Shown here: piece by piece, positions 8,380-15,750 of the stretch | Numbering within the stretch: position 1 is the first letter of the stretch | Layout of the letters: each line of letters starts with the position of its first letter | Assembly: GCA_001800745.1 (NCBI GenBank) | Contig: MGVZ01000051.1 | Location: forward strand, 1-48,960 | Length of the DNA stretch: 48,960 nt | Reading direction: 5' to 3' | DNA from: Euryarchaeota archaeon RBG_16_67_27 | Lineage (GTDB): Archaea; Thermoplasmatota; Thermoplasmata; RBG-16-68-12 | Made by a program: the position numbers and the translations under genes | Notes under the pieces: generated by a model | What the model saw: the letters and a program-made list of their open reading frames with translations, nothing else | What the model was told of the DNA's origin: nothing | Database searches by the model: none

Positions 8380-8401
8380 GTTATAGTTAAATAACTATAA
8401 C
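8380..8401. promoter_or_regulatory. Perfect 10-bp inverted repeat GTTATAGTTA-AA-TAACTATAAC (two back-to-back TATA-like boxes)
   Basis: Read directly from the sequence. It is the only strongly AT-rich element in the MTAP / 77-aa ORF intergenic region, and GTG 8415 lies 14-35 nt downstream. Confidence 0.5.
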
Positions 8402-8414
8402 ACGATCCGGTGGC

Positions 8415-8648
8415 GTGCAGGTCGGCTGTGGGACCTACGTCGCGCACGTGCGCGGGCGTCCGTACATCTACTTCTGGCACTACGAGACCCGCGGGGGCCG
8501 TCGGGTCCAAGTGAACGAGTACGTGGGCCCCGCGCACGCCGCGCGCACCCGGTCGGACGCCCTCCGCCGGTGCGAGGCGTATTTCGCCCGCGTCGACGAG
8601 GATCTCCGCGGGATCCGGGAGACGACGATCTCGGCCCTTCAGCGCTGA
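8415..8648 (+). CDS. Small hypothetical protein (77 aa)
   Basis: Coding-like composition. RGRPYIYFWHYETRGGRRVQVNEYVGP resembles the GPYWY...YxG motif of small proteins often found next to mobile elements. That resemblance is from memory, not a search. Confidence 0.5.
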   Translation: MQVGCGTYVAHVRGRPYIYFWHYETRGGRRVQVNEYVGPAHAARTRSDALRRCEAYFARVDEDLRGIRETTISALQR

Positions 8649-8787
8649 GGCTACGGTCGCGCCCCGTCTCCATGCGCGGACCCGGGAACAGACCACGCCG
8701 CGGATCCCCGCGCCCGCTCCCCGGAGGGCCCCCGCGCCGCGCGGTCCCATACCTTTTTGGCGGGGAAGGCCATCGCCGCGTCCCTCC

Positions 8788-11700
8788 ATGCGGATCATCG
8801 AGTGGACCCCCCGCCACGCGAGGCTCCTCGCGGAGCTCTGGAACGCGAGCGACGCCGGGTGGCCGTCAGGTCTCGTGCGGCTCCGGCCGAAGACGGTCCC
8901 CGAGGCCCTCGAGTGGGAGCGCCGCCAGGCGTCCCTCGGGCGGTTCCTCGCCCTCGAGGGTCGGCGCCCGATCGGCTACGCCCGGATGTTCGAGTGGTGG
9001 GGTTCCCCGGACGCGACGTACGTGCAGTGGCTGAACGTCGACCCGCGCTACCAGGGGAAGGGCGTCGGGAAGGCGCTCCTCCGGAAGGCGATCGAGCGGA
9101 CGGTCGCCCTCGGGTACGACCGGGTCGACCTCCACACGTGGCCCGGGAACGACAAGGCGAGGCCGCTGTACAAACGCCTCGGGTGGATGTGGGTGCCCGC
9201 GTCCCACGCGTACCTCCAGAACTATGTGCCCCTGATCCTGCGGTACGAGCCCGCGAAGGCGTTCTTCGCGAAGCGGGATTGGAGCTCGAGCTTCCACGTC
9301 GACGTCGAGCGGGACTTCGACGAGGACGACGTCCGCGGGACGGACGCGTTCGTGTACCGGTTCCGCGCGGGTCGGGCGCGCCTCGAGGTCGCGATCGACC
9401 GGAGCGCGCGGGGCGTGATGGCCTTCGAAGACGCGTCCCTCCGCGTCGAGGCGTGGATCCCGAAGGGCGCGGTCGAGCGCGAGCACCGGGAGGTCCGCTG
9501 GTTCGCGCGGAACAAGTCCCGCATGCCGGTCAGAGTGCGCTTCGAGCCGACGGCGCCCGCGGGCGTGCGCGTGTCGACGCCCCGCCCGGTCCGCCTCGCG
9601 CCCGGCGCATCCCGGGAGGTCCGCGGGACGATCCACGTCCGTCGGGGCTTCCGGAACCCTCCGGAGAAGTGGGCGTCCGCCGCGGTCGAGACCGCGGTCG
9701 TCGTCGGGGACCACGTCATCCGGCTGAGGAGCGGCTTCCGGGCGAAGCCCGCCGTGTCGATCGCCCTCGACGGACGGACGCAGATCCCCGCCCCGGGGTC
9801 CGCGCGGATCGTCCTCGTCGTCCGGAACGGAACGGGCCGCCGGATCCGGGGGATCCTCGGCATCCGCGGGCGGGGCCTTCGGACCCGTCCGGACCGGGTC
9901 CCTCTGCGCCTCTCGAAGGGCGGATCCCGACGGGTCGCGATCGACCTCACGAACGCGGACCCCCGCGCGCGTGCCGTCCCCCTCCGGGTCCGCTTCCGCG
10001 GGGGGCGCGTGGACGTCTCGAAGACCGTGGCCCTCCCGTGCCTTCCGCCGGGCGGAACCGTCGGGTACCGGGATGGGGAGGCGCTCATCCTGGAGAGCGC
10101 GGCGCTCCGCTTCGCGTCGGATGACCTCGGCGGCTTCGGGTCCCTCCGCACGCGGGACGACACCGCGCTCATCCGTTCCCTCGCGTCCGATGTCGGTCCC
10201 CCCTTCTGGCCGTCGGAGGTGGAGAAGACCCGCTGGCGCGGCCGGATCTCGTCCGACGGGGTGCCGGAGATCGTCCGGACCGTCGCGCTCCGGCGGCGTC
10301 CGGGGATCGTCGTCGAATCGCGCTGGCGTCTCCTGTCCGACCGGCTCATCGAGGATCGGCGGGCGGTCGAGAACCGGGGCCGCGAAGCCCAGGACGTCCG
10401 GCTCGCGACGGAGATCGAGCGCGGGATCGACCATCCTGCGATCACGTTCGCGACCCGGCTCGGGGTGTCAACGGAGGCGGCGATGGAGAACGAGTGGCCG
10501 GACACGCGGAAGGACGTGCCGCTCGACCGCCTCCTCGCGGAGGACTGGATCCACATCGCGGACGAGGAGTGCGGCTACGGGGTCGTGTGGACAGCCCCTC
10601 GCTCCCGCCGGGCGGAGATCGAGATCAGCCCGTGGGTCTCGCCCCTCTGGTTCCCGCGGTCCGCGAAGGAGGGCCGCCTCCGGCCGGGGGAGCGGCGGGA
10701 GTTCGACCCCGTCCTCCTGCTCGCGACGCGGGACTGGAGGGAGGTCCGCGCCCTCTGGGCCCAGGCGTCCGGCCGGCGGGTCGAGGACGCGCCGGCGAGG
10801 ACGGGCTCCCTCCGCCTCGAGCTCGATCCGGGGCTCGTCCTCGCGAGCCCCGCGGCCCGGCTGCGCGCGACCCTGCGGAACGAGCGGCGTCGACCGGCGT
10901 CCGGCACCGCGCGGTTCGAGGTCCCCGGTGCGAAGGCCTCTCGCTGGCGCGTCGGGAACCTGGACATCGGGAGATCCTGGACCCGGGACGTGCGCGTCCC
11001 CGCCCTGCCCGTCGGGCCGGCGACGGGTCGTTTCGTCCTCGAGTCCCCCGGCTCCGTCCGCTCGTGGGACGTCCCGATCCTCAGCACGGACGGACGCGGA
11101 CGCGTCTCCGCCTCCGGACCCCCGCGACAGCGAGCGGTCGCGAACGGCGCGCTCCGCTTCGTTGCGTCGACAGCGCATGGAGGCTCGCTGACCTCCCTGC
11201 GCGCAGGCGGGAAGGAGTTCCTCGTCTCCTCGTATCCCACCCCGCGGTCCTTCTCGTGGTTCCGTCCGTTCCACGGCGGGATCTCCCCGTTCGCGTTCAC
11301 GGAGGACTGGCCGGGGAACCTGTACCGGGAGCGCTTCCGGATCCGGGGCGCGTCCCGGGGGACGTGGTCCGGCGTGAGGCTCGTCGCGGACACGAGGGCA
11401 TCGGACCTCCCGAAGGGCCTCCGAATCGAGCTCGAGTACCTCACGCGGCCGGGCAGCCCGCTCGTCGCGTTCCTGCTGACCGCGCGGAACGGTTCCCGGG
11501 ACCGCCTCGAGCTCAAGGCGGGGTTCTGGGCGTTCCTCGGGCTGAACAGGAAGCCGATCTTCGACGCGGAGTTCGAGCGGCTCGGGTCCCGGCGGTGGGG
11601 CGACGCGGGCTGGTCCCGCTGGACGGCCGCGGACGACGGCTTCGCGGTGTACCGCGCGCCCGGGGCGCCGCGATGCGTCGTCCTCGTCGCGGCGAGGCCC

Positions 11701-11892
11701 GCGAGCCTCGAGGTCGTCGATCTCCGCGACGATGGACGGCATGGCCTCGTCGCGGACGAGCTCGATCTCCGACCGCGGGCCTCGGGGACGATCCTCGGCG
11801 TCCTCGCGGTCGCGAAGCCCGACGCGGCGCGCGACTACCGCGTGCTCCGGAACGCGTCCGTCGCCTCGTTCGACGCGACGAGGCCGCGGTGA
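8788..11892 (+). CDS. GNAT N-acetyltransferase domain fused to an ~880-aa beta-rich region of unknown function
   Basis: 1034 aa. The N-terminal GNAT core is YVQWLNVDPRYQGKGVGKALLRKAIERTVALGYDRVDLHTWPGNDKARPLYKRLGW. The rest has repeated segments resembling Ig/CARDB-type strands (VRLAPGASREVRGTIHV; LRLSKGGSRRVAIDL). The C-terminal part (GGSLTSLRAGGKEFLVSS...) recalls mutarotase-like folds. Confidence 0.8.
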   Translation: MRIIEWTPRHARLLAELWNASDAGWPSGLVRLRPKTVPEALEWERRQASLGRFLALEGRRPIGYARMFEWWGSPDATYVQWLNVDPRYQGKGVGKALLRKAIERTVALGYDRVDLHTWPGNDKARPLYKRLGWMWVPASHAYLQNYVPLILRYEPAKAFFAKRDWSSSFHVDVERDFDEDDVRGTDAFVYRFRAGRARLEVAIDRSARGVMAFEDASLRVEAWIPKGAVEREHREVRWFARNKSRMPVRVRFEPTAPAGVRVSTPRPVRLAPGASREVRGTIHVRRGFRNPPEKWASAAVETAVVVGDHVIRLRSGFRAKPAVSIALDGRTQIPAPGSARIVLVVRNGTGRRIRGILGIRGRGLRTRPDRVPLRLSKGGSRRVAIDLTNADPRARAVPLRVRFRGGRVDVSKTVALPCLPPGGTVGYRDGEALILESAALRFASDDLGGFGSLRTRDDTALIRSLASDVGPPFWPSEVEKTRWRGRISSDGVPEIVRTVALRRRPGIVVESRWRLLSDRLIEDRRAVENRGREAQDVRLATEIERGIDHPAITFATRLGVSTEAAMENEWPDTRKDVPLDRLLAEDWIHIADEECGYGVVWTAPRSRRAEIEISPWVSPLWFPRSAKEGRLRPGERREFDPVLLLATRDWREVRALWAQASGRRVEDAPARTGSLRLELDPGLVLASPAARLRATLRNERRRPASGTARFEVPGAKASRWRVGNLDIGRSWTRDVRVPALPVGPATGRFVLESPGSVRSWDVPILSTDGRGRVSASGPPRQRAVANGALRFVASTAHGGSLTSLRAGGKEFLVSSYPTPRSFSWFRPFHGGISPFAFTEDWPGNLYRERFRIRGASRGTWSGVRLVADTRASDLPKGLRIELEYLTRPGSPLVAFLLTARNGSRDRLELKAGFWAFLGLNRKPIFDAEFERLGSRRWGDAGWSRWTAADDGFAVYRAPGAPRCVVLVAARPASLEVVDLRDDGRHGLVADELDLRPRASGTILGVLAVAKPDAARDYRVLRNASVASFDATRPR

Positions 11893-11920
11893 GTTTCAGG
11901 CACGATTCTCTCGGGCCAAC

Positions 11921-11929
11921 GTATAAGAG
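11921..11929 (+). promoter_or_regulatory. TATA-like box GTATAAGAG upstream of the DUF835 gene
   Basis: Centred about 33 nt upstream of ATG 11958. Confidence 0.4.
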
Positions 11930-11957
11930 CGGTTCTCCGGATGGCAACGCGGTTCCG

Positions 11958-12491
11958 ATGCGGCTGCACCTGTGGCCGCTCCTTATCGCCTCAGGAGAGG
12001 ACGACCTCCTCCGGTCCCTTCTCTTCGGCAAGAAGCGGGACCTCGAAGAGGGCCGGTCCTACCTCCTGAAGGAGCGCAAGCCCGAGCGGGCACTCGCGCA
12101 CTTCCGGCGCGCGATCGAGCTCGGGTTCCGCCCGATGTTCATCACGCGGCAGCATCCGAACCACGTCGATCGGACGCACGCGGGGAAGGAGATCCGCGTC
12201 GTCTGGCTCTCGACGACCCTCGGGAAGGACTACGTCGATCCGCACAACCTGAACAGCCTGAGCAACCTGATCGGGAACTTCGTCTCCGACGAGGCGCGCG
12301 CGGTGATCCTCCTCGACGGGATCGAGTATCTCATGATGAGCAACGACTTCCAGCGGATCCTCCAATTCCTCGAGTACGTGAACGAGCAGGTCGCGATCCG
12401 CCGCGCGCTCCTCCTGCTCAGCCTCGATGACCGCGCGTTCGACCCGAAGCAGCTCGCGTACATCGAGCGGAACATGGTCCTGCTCGAGTGA
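11958..12491 (+). CDS. DUF835 domain protein
   Basis: This is the 3' part of the artefactual track ORF 10494..12491, starting at ATG 11958. SYLLKERKPERALAHFRRAIELGFRPMFITRQHPNHV...VWLST...DPHNLNSLSNLIGNFV...VILLDGIEYLMMSNDFQRILQFLEYVNE matches the DUF835 pattern as I remember it. Confidence 0.75.
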   Translation: MRLHLWPLLIASGEDDLLRSLLFGKKRDLEEGRSYLLKERKPERALAHFRRAIELGFRPMFITRQHPNHVDRTHAGKEIRVVWLSTTLGKDYVDPHNLNSLSNLIGNFVSDEARAVILLDGIEYLMMSNDFQRILQFLEYVNEQVAIRRALLLLSLDDRAFDPKQLAYIERNMVLLE

Positions 12492-12534
12492 GCCGACGGC
12501 TTTATGCCCGCCCCGCGCATCCGCGCGCGACCCG

Positions 12535-14316
12535 ATGTTCGAGATCCTGGATCGCGGCGGCCTCGGCCGGACAGGAACCTGGATCCGCGGTGGCCGCGAG
12601 ATCCGCACCCCGACGGTCCTGTCCGTCCACCGGCCGCATCGTGCGGCTCCCGAGTACGCGGAGGCGCTCCTCGTCGCAGAACGCACGACGGACCCGAGAC
12701 TGCAGATCCGCGTGAGCGGGAGCTTCTTCTCCGAGCGGCCGCCGGAGGACCCCGACGACCTGCCGGCGACGAAGGCCGTCCCCCTCTCCGTCGCGGACCT
12801 CGAGATCCCCACGCCGTTCCTCCTGGGGGACCTCGCGGTCGTCACGTCGGGCGCGGACTTCGCCGCCGCGGCCTCCGCGGACGCGGTCGTCCTCGCGAAC
12901 GGCCCCGAGTACCTCCGGGACCCGCGGACGTTCGTCACGACGATGGCCCGCGCCCGGGAGGCGCTCGGCCCGGTGACGCCGCTCGGGGTCTTCGGGGTCG
13001 CTGCGCCGGAGAACCTCGCTGCCCTCGTCTACGCGGGCGTGGACCTCGTGGACTCGAGCCGGATCGTCCTCGACAGCGCCCGCGGGGTGTTCCACACGCC
13101 CGACGGCGCGTACCCCGACCGCGCGGACCTCCGCGCCGCGTGCGCCTGCCCGGCGTGCGCCGGCGGCGAGGACCTCCTCGCGCACAACGAGCGCGCGCTC
13201 TACCGGGAGCTGCTCCTCGTGCGGAGCCACCTCGCCCACGGCCGGTTCCGAGAGCTCGCGGAGAAGCGGCTCGCGAACGACCCGTGGAACACCGCCGTTC
13301 TGCGGCACTTCGACCTCCGCCACCATGACCTCCTCGAGACGTACACGCCCGTGACCGGAGGCGAGATCCTCGCGTACTCCGCGTCGTCCCTCACCCGCCC
13401 CGAGGTCGTCCGGTTCCGCCACCGCGTGCGGGAGCGTTACGCGAAGCCTCCGTCCGCGAGGGTCCTCCTGCTCCTTCCGTGCTCCGCGCGCAAGCCGTAT
13501 TCCGCGAGCCGGAGCCACCGGAAGTTCCGCGAGGCGATCCTCGCCTCCGCGCGTCCCTCCGTCGTCCACGAGGTCATCGTGACGTCCCCGTTCGGGCTGA
13601 TCCCGAGGGAGCTCGAGCGATGTTATCCCGCGCGCGCGTACGACATTCCGGTGACGGGGGACTGGAGCCGGGACGAGGCCGCGGTCGTCGCGGACGACCT
13701 CCACACGTTCGTTGCCGCGAACGAGTACGACGCGGTCGTCGCGCATCTCGGGGCCGAGGCGCCGATCGTGCGGGCGGCCCTTCCCCAGGTTTTCGTCCCG
13801 TCGGAGTCCCGGCCGACATCCGACGAGGCGCTCGCCGCGCTCACGCGCACCCTCTCCGACCTCGCAGGCGCCTTCGACCGCGTCCCTGGCGCCCGGCGCT
13901 TCGCGGAGGAGATGTCGAACCTCGCGCGCTTCCAGTTCGGGGACGCGGGGCTCGCCCTCGTCGAGGGAGCGACGTTCAAGGGGCGCTTCCCCGACGTCCG
14001 CGCGATCCGCGGCGGCGTCCAGGTCGCGATGCACACGGAGCGCGGGATGTTCTCCCTGACCCTCGACGGCGGTCGCGTCCTGTCGGAACGGGACGCCTAC
14101 TGCGTCGAGATCGAGGACTTCGTCCCCAAGGGGAACGTCTTCGCGGTCGGCGTGACGGATGCCTCTAGGGAGATCCGCGTCGGGGACGAGGTTGCCGTGC
14201 GGCACGCGGGGGACGTGCGCGCGGTCGGGACCGCGCGGATGGCCTGGCGCGAGATGCTCGACGCGGACCGCGGCGAGGCGGTCCACGTGCGGCACGTCGT
14301 CCCTCCGAAGGCTTAA
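12535..14316 (+). CDS. arcS: Archaeosine synthase (TGT-like N-terminal domain, C-terminal PUA domain)
   Basis: Track ORF 12427..14316, with the start at ATG 12535 (MFEILDRGGLGRTGTW...). The zinc motif is CACPACAGGEDLLAHNERALY. Also present are LLLPCSARKPYS and a PUA-like C-terminus (VEIEDFVPKGNVFAVGVTDASREIRVGDEVAV). CTTTATGC lies about 32 nt upstream. Confidence 0.8.
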   Translation: MFEILDRGGLGRTGTWIRGGREIRTPTVLSVHRPHRAAPEYAEALLVAERTTDPRLQIRVSGSFFSERPPEDPDDLPATKAVPLSVADLEIPTPFLLGDLAVVTSGADFAAAASADAVVLANGPEYLRDPRTFVTTMARAREALGPVTPLGVFGVAAPENLAALVYAGVDLVDSSRIVLDSARGVFHTPDGAYPDRADLRAACACPACAGGEDLLAHNERALYRELLLVRSHLAHGRFRELAEKRLANDPWNTAVLRHFDLRHHDLLETYTPVTGGEILAYSASSLTRPEVVRFRHRVRERYAKPPSARVLLLLPCSARKPYSASRSHRKFREAILASARPSVVHEVIVTSPFGLIPRELERCYPARAYDIPVTGDWSRDEAAVVADDLHTFVAANEYDAVVAHLGAEAPIVRAALPQVFVPSESRPTSDEALAALTRTLSDLAGAFDRVPGARRFAEEMSNLARFQFGDAGLALVEGATFKGRFPDVRAIRGGVQVAMHTERGMFSLTLDGGRVLSERDAYCVEIEDFVPKGNVFAVGVTDASREIRVGDEVAVRHAGDVRAVGTARMAWREMLDADRGEAVHVRHVVPPKA

Positions 14317-14346
14317 GCGAGCCGCGTCCGTTCCCGGCCACGGGCG

Positions 14347-14595
14347 ATGGCGCTCCTGCCCGACTTGGCCGCCGCCGCGGTCTACGCGGCGGTCGTCTTC
14401 TTCGTTGCCTTCGGGTTCCTTGTCGTGTTCGTCGAGACGATCCGTCCCTCTCGCGTCCTCGTGTCCTTCATCGTCAGTGTCGTTCTCGCGGTGGGCCTGG
14501 GCTGGGCGGGTGAGCCGGGACTCGGGTTCCTGCCGCTTGCCGGCGGTTGTGCGGTCCTCGCGAGTCGAGTATTCGAGAGTCTCACGATGCGCTGA
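14347..14595 (+). CDS. Small membrane protein (82 aa, 2-3 predicted TM helices)
   Basis: Hydrophobic stretches are AAAAVYAAVVFFVAFGFLVVFV, VLVSFIVSVVLAVGLGW and FLPLAGGCAVLA. Confidence 0.5.
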   Translation: MALLPDLAAAAVYAAVVFFVAFGFLVVFVETIRPSRVLVSFIVSVVLAVGLGWAGEPGLGFLPLAGGCAVLASRVFESLTMR

Positions 14596-14630
14596 CCCGC
14601 TCTCGGCCCGTCTGGCGGCAACCGACCTGA

Positions 14631-14663
14631 AGTACTTTCACTCCTCCAGCCGAGTACTTTCAC
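14631..14663 (+). promoter_or_regulatory. Two copies of the 11-bp direct repeat AGTACTTTCAC, spaced 22 bp apart, upstream of a TATA-like box (ACTTTATACG, 14684-14693)
   Basis: Exact repeat at 14631-14641 and 14653-14663, read directly from the sequence. Confidence 0.4.
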
Positions 14664-14713
14664 CCACCCCTCCCGCGGTCCGGACTTTATACGCCCCCCT
14701 CTTTCGGAGTCCC

Positions 14714-14839
14714 GTGGACAACGCGGCGGACATGACCGTGGTGGACGACATGATGACGGGAGACCACTTCAGCTGGCAGGACGTCTACGCCTCGTACGGA
14801 TGTGCGCTCGAGTTCGACGTGTCCGACGATGACGGTTGA
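14714..14839 (+). CDS. Small acidic hypothetical protein (41 aa)
   Basis: GTG 14714 lies 25 nt downstream of the centre of the TATA-like box and is in frame with the 3' end of track ORF 14159..14839 (VDNAADMTVVDDMMTGDHFSWQDVYASYGCALEFDVSDDDG). It is short and unverified. Confidence 0.3.
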   Translation: MDNAADMTVVDDMMTGDHFSWQDVYASYGCALEFDVSDDDG

Positions 14840-14905
14840 CGATCAACCCATCCATCCCATCTCGATCCGCGGGGTCGGGTCGCCTCCTTGCCCCGCGGGT
14901 CCCAT

Positions 14906-15124
14906 CTATTTTTCGCTTCGGCGACGTGCGCGGCCTTTGTGCCATCGGTGGCCGCACGCGGCGCACGCGGTGTCGGGGTCGTCCCCCGTCACGAGGCATC
15001 CGCCGAGTTCGACCTCGCCGCGTTTCACGGCCTTCAACAAGGAATCCATGGAGTCCGGTGACGGATAGCCCCAGAAGATCGGGACGCCGGAACGTTCACC
15101 GCAGGCCGGGCAGGTCGAGCCCAT
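14906..15124 (-). CDS. Small zinc-ribbon protein (72 aa, two CxxC pairs)
   Basis: MGSTCPACGERSGVPIFWGYP...GGCLVTGDDPDTACAACGHRW. It has GC3-rich codons and a basic tail. Confidence 0.55.
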   Translation of the reverse strand: MGSTCPACGERSGVPIFWGYPSPDSMDSLLKAVKRGEVELGGCLVTGDDPDTACAACGHRWHKGRARRRSEK

Positions 15125-15218
15125 CGAGAACGCCGTGGGCGGCTCCGGCCATGAAGGCTTCGTCTGACTGTTTGAATCTCATTAAGACGGTTCGGATCGA
15201 CGCTCGGGCACGCCGGGA

Positions 15219-15289
15219 TGCGTGGGGCGGGAGTCGAACCCGCGTCGCAGGCTTGGAAGGCCGGCGTCCTACCGTTAGACTACCCACGC
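15219..15289 (-). tRNA. tRNA-Gly (anticodon TCC)
   Basis: The minus-strand sequence is GCGTGGGTAGTCTAACGGTAGGACGCCGGCCTTCCAAGCCTGCGACGCGGGTTCGACTCCCGCCCCACGCA. It has a 7-bp acceptor stem, a D arm and the T arm GCGGG-TTCGACT-CCCGC. The anticodon loop CTTCCAA gives TCC, and no CCA is encoded. A TATA-like GATTAATC (15314-15321) lies about 29 nt upstream. Confidence 0.9.
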
Positions 15290-15346
15290 GCAGGAAGGGT
15301 AGAACCGCGCTCCGATTAATCGCTTTCTGGCTCGGCTCGTGACGGA

Positions 15347-15571
15347 TCACGCGTGCGCCTTCGCCCGGCCATGCCCCGCTGGCGTGTCGCTGATGACGGC
15401 CTCGAGCTCGTCGAGGGCTTCAAGGAGATCGCCGACGTCCTCGCCCGCGTTCTCCAGGTCCTGCGCGATCTCGCGCACGTCCTCGATCGTGTGCGCCGAG
15501 AGCCACTCCCTTGTCTGCTTCCGGAGCCGCGTTGGGTTGACTGGGCCTTTCGTCGCCATCGGATGTCCCAT
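15347..15571 (-). CDS. Small hypothetical protein (74 aa)
   Basis: Track ORF 15347..15709, with the start moved to ATG 15571 (MGHPMATKGPVNPTRLRKQTREWLSAHTIEDVREIAQDLENAGEDVGDLLEALDELE). GGATAAATACG on the - strand lies about 40 nt upstream. Confidence 0.4.
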   Translation of the reverse strand: MGHPMATKGPVNPTRLRKQTREWLSAHTIEDVREIAQDLENAGEDVGDLLEALDELEAVISDTPAGHGRAKAHA

Positions 15572-15750
15572 CCCTGGTCTGACGTTTGTCGGCTCCCCAT
15601 GGAGGAGCGCGTATTTATCCGCGCCGTCCGAACGGATCCCGCGTTGACAAACCTGCGGTCGTCTCCTCCTTGCGACAGCTATAAAGCTCCCTTCCCCCAT
15701 GTCGGCCACCTGTCTGACACGCCGGTTCGTCGGCGTGCTCCAGGGATGGG

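Noticed and set aside
8866-11742. Several 300-520-aa minus-strand and off-frame ORFs across the GNAT-fusion gene (8866..10434, 9222..10556, 10468..11742, 9971..11191, and others)
   Set aside because: They have no motifs and low-complexity R/P/G/S composition. The + frame 8788..11892 has a clear GNAT domain and protein-like composition throughout.
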